From assembly GCA_963825525.1 (NCBI GenBank), contig CAWGTN010000003.1, positions 32,001-96,000 of the forward strand: a stretch of 64,000 nt of DNA, given 5' to 3'. Below are positions 40,716 to 48,882 of the stretch, one piece after another. The stretch's first letter is position 1. Every line of letters begins with the position of its first letter. The notes below the pieces were generated by a model. It saw only the letters and a program-made list of their open reading frames with translations, had not been told where the DNA came from and did no database searches. Source of the DNA: an uncultured Chloroflexia bacterium. Lineage in GTDB: Bacteria > Chloroflexota > Limnocylindria > QHBO01. A program made the position numbers and the translations under genes.

Positions 40716-40865
40716 GTGACCGATACCTCATGCGGAACGGCTCGGGAGCCACAGCCGGGACCAACCGTCCTAGCCTACGCCTGTCGCGCGGTGCCCCGCC
40801 AGGGAATCTCGAAGCCGGGATGTGCGAGTTGGCCGCTGACGGAATCCGTGATGTACGGTAGGACC

Positions 40866-42833
40866 ATGGCCGACCTGGGGACGGAACCAGAGCAGGGGGC
40901 ACGGGCAGCCAGGCTCGCATTCGACGAGCGGCGATGGTCCGATGCAGTGGAGCTCTACCGACAGCTGGAAGCCGTCGAGGGCCTGGAACGCGACGACCTC
41001 GATCGATATGGCGAGGCGGCCTGGTGGACGGCTGATCTCACCACGGCGATCGCAGCCCGCGAGCGGGCGTTCTCCGCCCACATGGCTGCCGGCGACTCGC
41101 TGAGCGCCGCGTCGGCCGCCTTGTCCGCCGCCAACGACTACGGGCATCGGCTGCAGAGTGCGCTGGCGAGCGGGTGGGTGAAGCGAGCTGAGCGACTGCT
41201 CGCGGACCTCCCTGAATCTCCCGTCCACGCCTATCTCGGCCGCGCCCGGCTCGGGAAGGCGCTGGGTGCCGGCGACCTGGATGAGGCACTTCGCCAGGCG
41301 GACGCGATCCTGGCCATCGGCCGGCGCACAGGCGATCACGACATCGAGGCCCTGGGCCTTCAGGATAAGGGTCGCGTGCTGGTTGCTCGCGGCGAGGTGG
41401 CGGAAGGGCTGGCGCTGCTCGACGAGGCGATGGTTGCCGCCATTGGCGGCGATCTCAATCCGTACCCGACGGCCATCGTCTACTGCAATGTCACCGTCGC
41501 CTGCCAGGATCTGGCCGATTATCGTCGCGCCGTCGAGTTCGCGGAGGCAGCGCGACAGTGGTGCGACCGGCAGGCCATCGCCGGCTTCCCCGGCATGTGC
41601 CGTGTGCGACGCGCAGAGGTCACTCGGCTGCGCGGCGGTTGGGCGGAGGCCGAATCGGAGGCGCGGCAGGCCTGCGACGAGTTGAAGGACTTCAGCCTGG
41701 ACTACGCTGCGGAGGGGTTCTACCAGGTGGGCGAGATCCGGATGCGGATGGGCGACCACGACGCGGCCGAGGAGGCATTCCGCCAGGCTCACGAGCTCGG
41801 TCGGAGCCCGCTGCCGGGGCTGGCCCTCCTGCGATCGGCCCAGGGAAAGTCCGCCGCGGGCGTCACGATGCTGGCCCGTGCACTCGATGACCCTGCCGTG
41901 ATTCCCCTGACCCGCGCCCGGATCCTGGCGGCGTACGTGGAGGTCGCGGCTCAGGAGGGCACGCTTGACGAGGCCGAGAAGCGCGCGGCCGAGCTGGAAG
42001 CGCTCTCGGCAAAGTTCGGCACCCACGCGTTGCTCGCGGCCGCGGCCATGGCCAGTGGCCAGGTTGCGCTGGCGCGAGGCGATCCGACCGCCGCCCGGCC
42101 GCACCTCGAGCGCGCCCGTCGCCTGTGGCAGGAGACGGAGGCACCGTACGAGACCGCTCGCGCTCGCGAGCTGCTCGGACAGGCCGAGGCGTCCGCGGGC
42201 GATCCCGACAATGCCGCCATGGAGTTTCAGGCCGCACTGGCCACCTATCGCCGACTCGGCGCCATGCCCGATGCCGCGCGCCTCGAGGGCGTGCTACGCA
42301 CCGCGCTGATGGACTCCCCGGCGCAAGCATTGACGCGGACGATGATGTTCACCGACATCGTTCGATCCACGCAGCTCGTCGAGGCCATCGGCGACGAGGC
42401 ATGGACTCGGCTTCTCGATTGGCACGACCGGACCATTCGGGCGCTGATTGCGGAGCGCCAGGGCGAAGAGGTCGACCATGCCGGCGACGGATTCTTCATC
42501 GTGTTCGGTGACGCCTCGCATGCCATCGAGTGTGCGCTGGCGATCCAGCGCAGTCTGCGAGAGCATCGCCGCGAACATGGTTTCGCGCCGGCCGTCCGCA
42601 TCGGCCTTCACGTCGGCGACGTGATGCGTCCGGATACGGGGTACCAGGGCAGAGCCGTCCACCTGGCCGCCAGGATCGGGGGCTTGGCCCAGCCGGACGA
42701 GATCGTGGCGAGCCGTTCGGTCGTCGACGCCGCAGGCCACGGAGTCGCCCACGGACCGGAGCGTGAGGTGGAGCTGAAGGGCATCCGCGACCGGGTGACC
42801 GTCGTGACGATCCTGGATGGCGCGCAGGCCTAG
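40866..42833 (+). CDS. TPR-like sensor fused to a class III adenylate/guanylate cyclase
   Basis: FTDIVRST, AGDGF, RIGLHVG, AVHLAARI; N-terminal region resembles the 3106-4770 sensor; start uncertain. Confidence 0.88.
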   Translation: MADLGTEPEQGARAARLAFDERRWSDAVELYRQLEAVEGLERDDLDRYGEAAWWTADLTTAIAARERAFSAHMAAGDSLSAASAALSAANDYGHRLQSALASGWVKRAERLLADLPESPVHAYLGRARLGKALGAGDLDEALRQADAILAIGRRTGDHDIEALGLQDKGRVLVARGEVAEGLALLDEAMVAAIGGDLNPYPTAIVYCNVTVACQDLADYRRAVEFAEAARQWCDRQAIAGFPGMCRVRRAEVTRLRGGWAEAESEARQACDELKDFSLDYAAEGFYQVGEIRMRMGDHDAAEEAFRQAHELGRSPLPGLALLRSAQGKSAAGVTMLARALDDPAVIPLTRARILAAYVEVAAQEGTLDEAEKRAAELEALSAKFGTHALLAAAAMASGQVALARGDPTAARPHLERARRLWQETEAPYETARARELLGQAEASAGDPDNAAMEFQAALATYRRLGAMPDAARLEGVLRTALMDSPAQALTRTMMFTDIVRSTQLVEAIGDEAWTRLLDWHDRTIRALIAERQGEEVDHAGDGFFIVFGDASHAIECALAIQRSLREHRREHGFAPAVRIGLHVGDVMRPDTGYQGRAVHLAARIGGLAQPDEIVASRSVVDAAGHGVAHGPEREVELKGIRDRVTVVTILDGAQA

Positions 42834-43810
42834 GCGGCGGCATCCACGCGACGGGGTCGTCCCAGCAGGTATCCCTGCCCCAGTGTCACGCCGATCCGGA
42901 CGAGGGCCTCGCGCTCGGCATCGGTCTCGATGCCCTCGGCGATCAGAAGGGATGCCGATCCTTCCGCGTATCGCTGGAGGCCGGCCACGATCGCCTGTCT
43001 CGTCGGATCGGTCTCGACACCGTGAATGAGGTTGCGATCCAGCTTCACGATGGCTGGCCGAAGCTCGGCGAGGTGGCGCAGGCTGGCAAACCCGGCACCC
43101 GCGTCATCGACTGCCAGCCGTACCGTCCCGCCGATCGCCGCCAGCGCGGCCCGCACGGCCACGTAATCGGCCACCGGCTCATGCTCTGTCAGTTCGAGCA
43201 CGATCGGGCGTTCCGTGCGACGGAGCAGGCGGGCGAGTCGAGGGCTCACCAGCATGCTCGCCGAGGCATTGAGGCTGAGCCATAGGTCCGGCGCGAGCTT
43301 CGCCGCCGACCGCATGGCAGCCTCGATGCAGGCGGCCTCCAGTTCGACCCCGAGCTCGAGCTCAACGGCGTCGGCAAATCGATCCGACGGAGCCACGCCG
43401 TCATCGAATCGCGTGAGCGCCTCGAAACCAACGGGTCTCCCGTTCTGCAGGTCGATGATCGGTTGAAAGACGATCTCGAACCCTCGATCTCGGATGATCG
43501 CGGAGAGAATTCGCGTGCGCCGCCGCTGGAGATCTCTCGCGCGCAGCTCGCCGGAGATCCCGCGCCGATCCTGCTTGATGAGCACCACCAGGAGCAGCGA
43601 GGCCACGCCGGCGAAGGCCACGTCGATCATCGGGCGGATGCGGCTTGCCAACGCGGGATCGGCGATGGCGTTCACGGCTCGGTCGCTCAACAGCATCCAC
43701 GCGATGAGCGTCACGAACGTGAGCACGGCAATGCCTCGCGGCGACACCATGGCATCAACAACACTGCGGCTGCTCCCCCCGGGCGCAGTTCCTGCGCCGC
43801 GATCGGTCAC
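42830..43810 (-). CDS. Membrane-anchored EAL-domain c-di-GMP phosphodiesterase
   Basis: FQPI, EAL, ELTE, DDAGAG, KLD, AEGIE, QGY; two N-terminal TM helices. Confidence 0.92.
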   Translation of the reverse strand: MTDRGAGTAPGGSSRSVVDAMVSPRGIAVLTFVTLIAWMLLSDRAVNAIADPALASRIRPMIDVAFAGVASLLLVVLIKQDRRGISGELRARDLQRRRTRILSAIIRDRGFEIVFQPIIDLQNGRPVGFEALTRFDDGVAPSDRFADAVELELGVELEAACIEAAMRSAAKLAPDLWLSLNASASMLVSPRLARLLRRTERPIVLELTEHEPVADYVAVRAALAAIGGTVRLAVDDAGAGFASLRHLAELRPAIVKLDRNLIHGVETDPTRQAIVAGLQRYAEGSASLLIAEGIETDAEREALVRIGVTLGQGYLLGRPRRVDAAA

Positions 43811-43848
43811 CCGGTTGTCTCCTTCAGATCTCGGTGGGTCGTGGGAGA

Positions 43849-43887
43849 TGAATAATAGTTGTTTCCGCGATCCGTCACGGGTACTAT
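43849..43887 (+). promoter_or_regulatory. Peptide-gene promoter TTGTTT-17-TACTAT with box TGAATAATAGTTG overlapping the -35
   Basis: -35 at 43859-43864, -10 at 43882-43887, box at 43849-43861. Confidence 0.6.
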
Positions 43888-43938
43888 CGGCGGCCTCTGG
43901 GTGGGTGCCGCGGTTGGCGGGCGGAAAGGGAACTCCTC

Positions 43939-44046
43939 ATGCTCCGAATCCGCTCGTACCTGTTCTCCGTCGCACTGTCCGCACTTCTCACGCTCCTGAC
44001 GGCAGCCGCCGTCCTGGCAGAAGGCCAGCCTCCCATTCCGCGTTGA
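43939..44046 (+). CDS. 35-aa putative secreted signalling pro-peptide MLRIRSYLFSVALSALLTLLTAAAVLA-EGQPPIPR
   Basis: GAAAGGGA RBS; basic n-region, hydrophobic h-region, V-x-A cleavage site, 8-aa polar tail; abuts the XRE-TPR gene. Confidence 0.8.
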   Translation: MLRIRSYLFSVALSALLTLLTAAAVLAEGQPPIPR

Positions 44047-44060
44047 ACTGACCGAGCCGC

Positions 44061-45431
44061 TCAGAATCGAGAAACAGTGCCCGCCGGCCGTGCCCGCCCG
44101 TGAGAATCAGGGGTGACCTGAATGCCCGCTCCCCGGCCCATCGCGTCGGCGTAGAGCCGATTGGCTTCGGCGTGCTCACCCATGTCGGACAGGAAGCCTG
44201 CCCACTCGGCAAGGACGTCACGTCTCCTGGTCGTGGCCTGATGTGATTCGAGGAGTCCTGTCGCAGTGCGATACGAAGCCTCGGCAGCCGTTCGATCGCC
44301 TTGGCGACGCGCGACTCGAGCGAGGGTGAGATGGGCGCCGACTGCGGCCAGGTACGATCCGCCGTCGGTGCTCGCGGCGAGTGCTTCCCGGGCCAGCTGA
44401 GTCGCCGCCGCTACGTCGCCTTCCAGCAACGCAAGCTGTGCATCGGCCTCCGCCACGTCGGCAGCGAGCCGCGGGTCGTGGACGTGCCCCGTCAGTTCTC
44501 GAGCGCGCGACAGGTGTTCGCTGGCCCGGGCCAGGTTGCCCAACTCGATGAATACGAGACCGATGTTGATCTCGAGCGATGCCTCTTCTCGCTCAGACTC
44601 GGATCCTCGGTAGAGGGCCAAGCTCTCCTGCCCAGTCCGCAGGGCGCGCTCCAGGTCTCCGACGCGCCGATACTGCAGCGCCAATCCGGCAAGGAATGCG
44701 GCACGTTGCCTCAGCGACGTCTCCTGCGACAGCGCTCGTGCTTCTTCCATGTAGGTGAGCGCCCGCGCGGACTCGCCATCCCATGCTTCGACGTTTCCGA
44801 GTTGTGCCAGGAGGCGGAAGCGGAAGTCGGGTGCGACGTGGAGCCCATCGCGGTCCGCGGCGAGCAGAGCTTGCAGGATGGATCGCGCCTCTGCCGGATT
44901 GTCATCCTGGTAGTGCGCGCCGGCGAGCCAATAGCGTGACATCGCGGCATCGGCTGGGGAGCCAAGCTCGTCGAACAGTCGTGCCGCCTGCGACGCGGGC
45001 CGGATGGCGTCTCGTCCCCGGCCGAGCCGGCACAGCGCCTCTGAGCGGCCACGCAACAGCTCGGCCTGCTGTCGGCGGTCGTTGCCGGCGCGATCCAGCA
45101 GCGTGTCGTAGGCGTCGAGTGCCCGCTCCGCGTCACCGGATGCCAGCAGAAGATCGGCCTCGAGGCGCGCTGCCGCAGCTGGCTCCTCGGCGACCAGATC
45201 GGTGATCGCCACGCCGAGACGCTCGCTGAGGAATGTGAGGGCCGCCATCGATGGCTTGGCGAGGCCGCGCTCGAGCGCGCTGATGTAGGCAGCGGTGTAT
45301 CGGCCGCGCGCCACATCCGCCTGCGTCAGCTCGGCGCGGGTCCGCACCTCCCGGATGCGCTCTCCGATGCGGCGCGCGACGTGCGAGTTATCGACGACGG
45401 TGACTTGGCGACGCGCCCTTGTGGTCTTCAC
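44061..45431 (-). CDS. XRE-HTH plus TPR regulator (PlcR/NprR-like architecture)
   Basis: IGERIREVR..LTQADVA..TAAYISALERG..PS..LSERLGV, then tandem TPR-like helices; likely leaderless GTG at 45431 (ORF extends to 45458). Confidence 0.9.
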   Translation of the reverse strand: MKTTRARRQVTVVDNSHVARRIGERIREVRTRAELTQADVARGRYTAAYISALERGLAKPSMAALTFLSERLGVAITDLVAEEPAAAARLEADLLLASGDAERALDAYDTLLDRAGNDRRQQAELLRGRSEALCRLGRGRDAIRPASQAARLFDELGSPADAAMSRYWLAGAHYQDDNPAEARSILQALLAADRDGLHVAPDFRFRLLAQLGNVEAWDGESARALTYMEEARALSQETSLRQRAAFLAGLALQYRRVGDLERALRTGQESLALYRGSESEREEASLEINIGLVFIELGNLARASEHLSRARELTGHVHDPRLAADVAEADAQLALLEGDVAAATQLAREALAASTDGGSYLAAVGAHLTLARVARRQGDRTAAEASYRTATGLLESHQATTRRRDVLAEWAGFLSDMGEHAEANRLYADAMGRGAGIQVTPDSHGRARPAGTVSRF

Positions 45432-45438
45432 GTGTTCG

Positions 45439-45468
45439 ATGATAGCGAGCCGTACCAACTCATAGTTG
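45439..45468 (-). promoter_or_regulatory. Regulator promoter: TATCAT -10 and dyad CAACT-CAT-AGTTG over the -35 region
   Basis: Dyad at 45456-45468; -10 at 45444-45439, 7 nt before the GTG. Confidence 0.6.
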
Positions 45469-45504
45469 TCGGATGGGCCCGAGTTCGTAGATGAATCCGC
45501 CCGG

Positions 45505-46188
45505 TCAGAGCTGCCAGTACGCGCCGGTCAGACCCAGTTCGGCGAAGTGGGTGAGCAGGTCGTCCTTGCCCGGGCGCGCGTAGTCGATGGCGAATTTTGT
45601 CCGATAGATGGGGCCACTCAGCGCATGGGCCTCGTCGGGGGTCAGAGACGCGGCCTGGTCGGCAGGCGCGCACAGGTCGGACGCGTCGCGGTGCTCAGTC
45701 GATGAGAAGAAGACCATGGTGTTCGCGCAGGTGGTGACGATGTTCTCCCACCATTGCGTCGGCTTGAGGGCCAGGTACACCATCGCTCCGGAGGGCTGGA
45801 CGACCGTGGCTCCGCCCGCGCGCAGCTCGATGTGGATCGGCTCGGCGCAGTGATGGCATGCAGAATCAATTGTCACGTCGGCTTCGTCCAGCATCGCGTG
45901 GAAGGCGACCGCATCCCAGGCGCAGTTCGCGAAGTAGGTGCGGCCCTCGGCGGTGACCCGGAACGGCGTCGCGATGGCCGAGAACGGAAACGCCATCAGC
46001 ACGCGGGCCGTTCCCGGGACGAGTGCGATGTGCCGTGATGCGTCCAGCTCGCGGAGCGCGCCGGCTGCCTCGTCTCGGCCGAGCGAGAACTCGACCATCA
46101 GCTGCTCGACCACGGGCGGGACGGCGTGCTCACGGAAGTGTTCGAAGATGCGCAGCCGTATGCGCTGGATCAGCGTGGGCTCACTCAT
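45505..46188 (-). CDS. MerB-like (alkylmercury lyase family) protein
   Basis: MAFPFSAIATPF, ANCAWD, CHHC, TCANTMVFF. Confidence 0.8.
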   Translation of the reverse strand: MSEPTLIQRIRLRIFEHFREHAVPPVVEQLMVEFSLGRDEAAGALRELDASRHIALVPGTARVLMAFPFSAIATPFRVTAEGRTYFANCAWDAVAFHAMLDEADVTIDSACHHCAEPIHIELRAGGATVVQPSGAMVYLALKPTQWWENIVTTCANTMVFFSSTEHRDASDLCAPADQAASLTPDEAHALSGPIYRTKFAIDYARPGKDDLLTHFAELGLTGAYWQL

Positions 46189-46287
46189 GGCGGGTCCCTG
46201 CGACGACGTGTCGCGGCAGTGTAGCGACCGACGTCCGCATGCGGCATGCGCGGTTCATCACAGGCTGGAGCGGTAGCATCAGCGGCG

Positions 46288-47931
46288 ATGAATCAGTCGA
46301 GCGTCAATGGGGGGCCGGACCGCCTCGTGACCCACGCGGACCTGGCGTTCCTCGGAGGGAGCGTCGAGCCGATCGTTCGCGGCGGGCCACCGGTTGATGC
46401 CCTGGCCGTGCGGGATGGTCGCATTGTTGCGGTCGGCACAGCGACGGAGGTGCGCGACTGGATCGGTCCGCAGACCGAGGTGGTCGAGCTGGCGGGGGAG
46501 ACACTGATCCCGGGGTTCCAGGACGCCCACATTCACCCCATCGAGGGCGGGTTGTTGGCCGAACGCTGCGACCTTCATGCTCTCGCCGATGCCGACGCCT
46601 ACCTTGCGGCGATCGAGCGTTACGCCGCCGCACGACCTGATCGGCCGTGGGTCGAGGGCAGTGGGTGGTCGCTCTCTGCCTTTCCGCGAGGCGAGCCCGG
46701 CCGCGAGCTCCTGGATCGGATCGTCCCTGATCGCCCCGCGATCCTCGAGAGCAACGACGGTCACGTCGCCTGGGTCAACACGCGGGCGCTCGAGCTGGCG
46801 GGGATCACGGCGGCGACGACCGGCGTTCCGGACGGACGAATCGTGCGCGACGACCATGGTTCCCCTGCAGGGACGCTGGTCGACGGAGCAATCGACCTCG
46901 TGGCGCGACACGTACCCGCGCCGACCCACGCGGATCTGTTGGCCGGGTTGCGCACCGCCCAGGCGGAGCTGCATGGCCTTGGCATCACGGCCTGGCAGGA
47001 CGCACACGTCGAGCCGGCCAACCTGGCCGTCTACCGCGAGGCGGCGACCTCGGGCTGGCTGACGGCGCGCGTGGTGGCGGCCCTGTGGTGGGATCGCGAC
47101 CGAGGACTTGAGCAGATCGACGAGTTCGAGGACCAGCGCGCCGCCTCTCGGGTCGGTCGGCTGCGGGCCGATAGCGTGAAGCTCATGCTCGACGGCATCC
47201 TCGAGTCGCGCACCGCCCTGATGAACAGTCCCTACCTCGGTTCGGACTGGAGTGGCGTCCCGTTCATCGACCCGGAGCTTCTGCATCGGGCGGTGGTGGA
47301 GCTGGATCGGCGCGCGTTCCAGGCGCATTTCCACGCCATCGGCGATGGGGCCATTCGCTTGGCCCTGGACGCGATCGCATCGGCGCGTGCGGCGAACGGG
47401 CCGAGCGATGCGCGCCACCACATCAGCCACCTGGAGGTCATCCATCCCGATGACGTGCCACGCTTCGCCGAGCTCGACGCAGTCGCCAACATTCAGCCGT
47501 TCTGGGCGGTCGACGACGACCAGATGCAGGACCTGCGCATCCCGTCCCTCGGAGCGGAGCGCGTTGGCTGGCAGTTCGTCTTCGGCAGCCTGGTCCGTGC
47601 AGGGGCGAGGCTCGCCGCCGGTAGCGACTGGACGGTCACCACCGCCAACCCCTTGCTGGAGATCGAGGTCGCGGTGAACCGGATCGCGCCTGCCGCACGC
47701 AACGCCGCTCCATTCCTGCCCGATGAGCGCTTGAGCCTGGACGACGCGCTTGCCGCGTTCACCCGGGGCAGTGCATGGGTCAACCACCTGGATGCGGACA
47801 CCGGCAGCATCGAGGTCGGGAAGCTTGCCGATCTCGTCATCCTGGACCGGGATATCCGGGCACCCGATGCCGGGCCGATCGGCGACGCGGTGGTCCGGCA
47901 GACGTACGTCGAGGGCCAGCGGGTGTTCTGA
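46288..47931 (+). CDS. Amidohydrolase (YtcJ / Amidohydro_3)
   Basis: PGFQDAHIH, DGHVAWVN, HAIGD, GSDW, GSIEVGKLADLVIL. Confidence 0.92.
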   Translation: MNQSSVNGGPDRLVTHADLAFLGGSVEPIVRGGPPVDALAVRDGRIVAVGTATEVRDWIGPQTEVVELAGETLIPGFQDAHIHPIEGGLLAERCDLHALADADAYLAAIERYAAARPDRPWVEGSGWSLSAFPRGEPGRELLDRIVPDRPAILESNDGHVAWVNTRALELAGITAATTGVPDGRIVRDDHGSPAGTLVDGAIDLVARHVPAPTHADLLAGLRTAQAELHGLGITAWQDAHVEPANLAVYREAATSGWLTARVVAALWWDRDRGLEQIDEFEDQRAASRVGRLRADSVKLMLDGILESRTALMNSPYLGSDWSGVPFIDPELLHRAVVELDRRAFQAHFHAIGDGAIRLALDAIASARAANGPSDARHHISHLEVIHPDDVPRFAELDAVANIQPFWAVDDDQMQDLRIPSLGAERVGWQFVFGSLVRAGARLAAGSDWTVTTANPLLEIEVAVNRIAPAARNAAPFLPDERLSLDDALAAFTRGSAWVNHLDADTGSIEVGKLADLVILDRDIRAPDAGPIGDAVVRQTYVEGQRVF

Positions 47932-48062
47932 GGCGTCAGGCGAGCTGGCTCATGCTGATTCCAGGGGTCGCTCGCTTGGCCACCAGCCGGTACGCTACTT
48001 GCTCATCGATCGGCCGCGTCAACTCCACAACAGATCGTTCGCGGCCGATACGGAGGTATGCC

Positions 48063-48878
48063 ATGGAAACGGATGTTCGGGCACGAAACAACGTGCGCGT
48101 CTTCGGGCGCGGAGCCCAGCCGATGCTCTTCGCGCACGGGTTCGGTTGCGACCAGAACATGTGGCGCTGGATGACGCCGGCGTTCGAGAACGACTACAAG
48201 ATCGTGCTGTTCGACTACGTCGGCAGCGGAAAGTCCGACGTGAACGCCTACGACCGTGACCGCTACGCGACCCTCGACGGCTACGCGCAGGACATCGTCG
48301 ACATCGTTCGCGAGCTCGACCTGCGCGACGTCATTCTGGTCGCGCACTCGGTGAGCAGCATGATCAGCGTTCTCGCTGCCATCGCCGAGCCGGATCGATT
48401 CTCGCGCCTGATTCTCATCGGCCCTTCGCCGAGCTACCTGAACGACGGCGACGAGTACCGCGGAGGCTTCGAGCGCGCGGACATCGAGGGACTCCTGGAC
48501 CTGATGGACAAGAACTACATCGGATGGGCCAACTTCCTCACGCCAATGATCATGAAGAACGACGAGCGGCCCGAACTCACCCGCGAGCTCAACGAGAGCT
48601 TCTGTTCGACCGATCCGGTGATCGCCCGGCAGTTCGCGGAGGTCACCTTCCTCTCCGACAATCGCTCGGACCTGCCTCGCCTCACCGTTCCGACCCTCGT
48701 CCTCCAGTGCACGGATGATGCGATCGCACCGGACGGGGTCGGGCAATTCGTGGCGGATGCCGTTCCTCAGGCAACGTTCCGCCAGCTGGCCGCCGTCGGC
48801 CATTGCCCGCACATGAGCCACCCGGAGGAGACGATCGCGGCGATTCGTGACCACCTCGCGGCCGTCGGGATCGCCTGA
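48063..48878 (+). CDS. rsbQ: RsbQ-like alpha/beta hydrolase
   Basis: RNNV, AHGFGCDQNMW, AHSVSSMI, FCSTDP, GHCPHMSHP. Confidence 0.88.
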   Translation: METDVRARNNVRVFGRGAQPMLFAHGFGCDQNMWRWMTPAFENDYKIVLFDYVGSGKSDVNAYDRDRYATLDGYAQDIVDIVRELDLRDVILVAHSVSSMISVLAAIAEPDRFSRLILIGPSPSYLNDGDEYRGGFERADIEGLLDLMDKNYIGWANFLTPMIMKNDERPELTRELNESFCSTDPVIARQFAEVTFLSDNRSDLPRLTVPTLVLQCTDDAIAPDGVGQFVADAVPQATFRQLAAVGHCPHMSHPEETIAAIRDHLAAVGIA

Positions 48879-48882
48879 CCCG

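Noticed and set aside
43885-43941. Minus-strand micro-ORF MRSSLSARQPRHPPRGRR downstream of the XRE-TPR gene as the cognate peptide
   Set aside because: No hydrophobic signal region; the plus-strand ORF has an RBS, a promoter and signal-peptide structure
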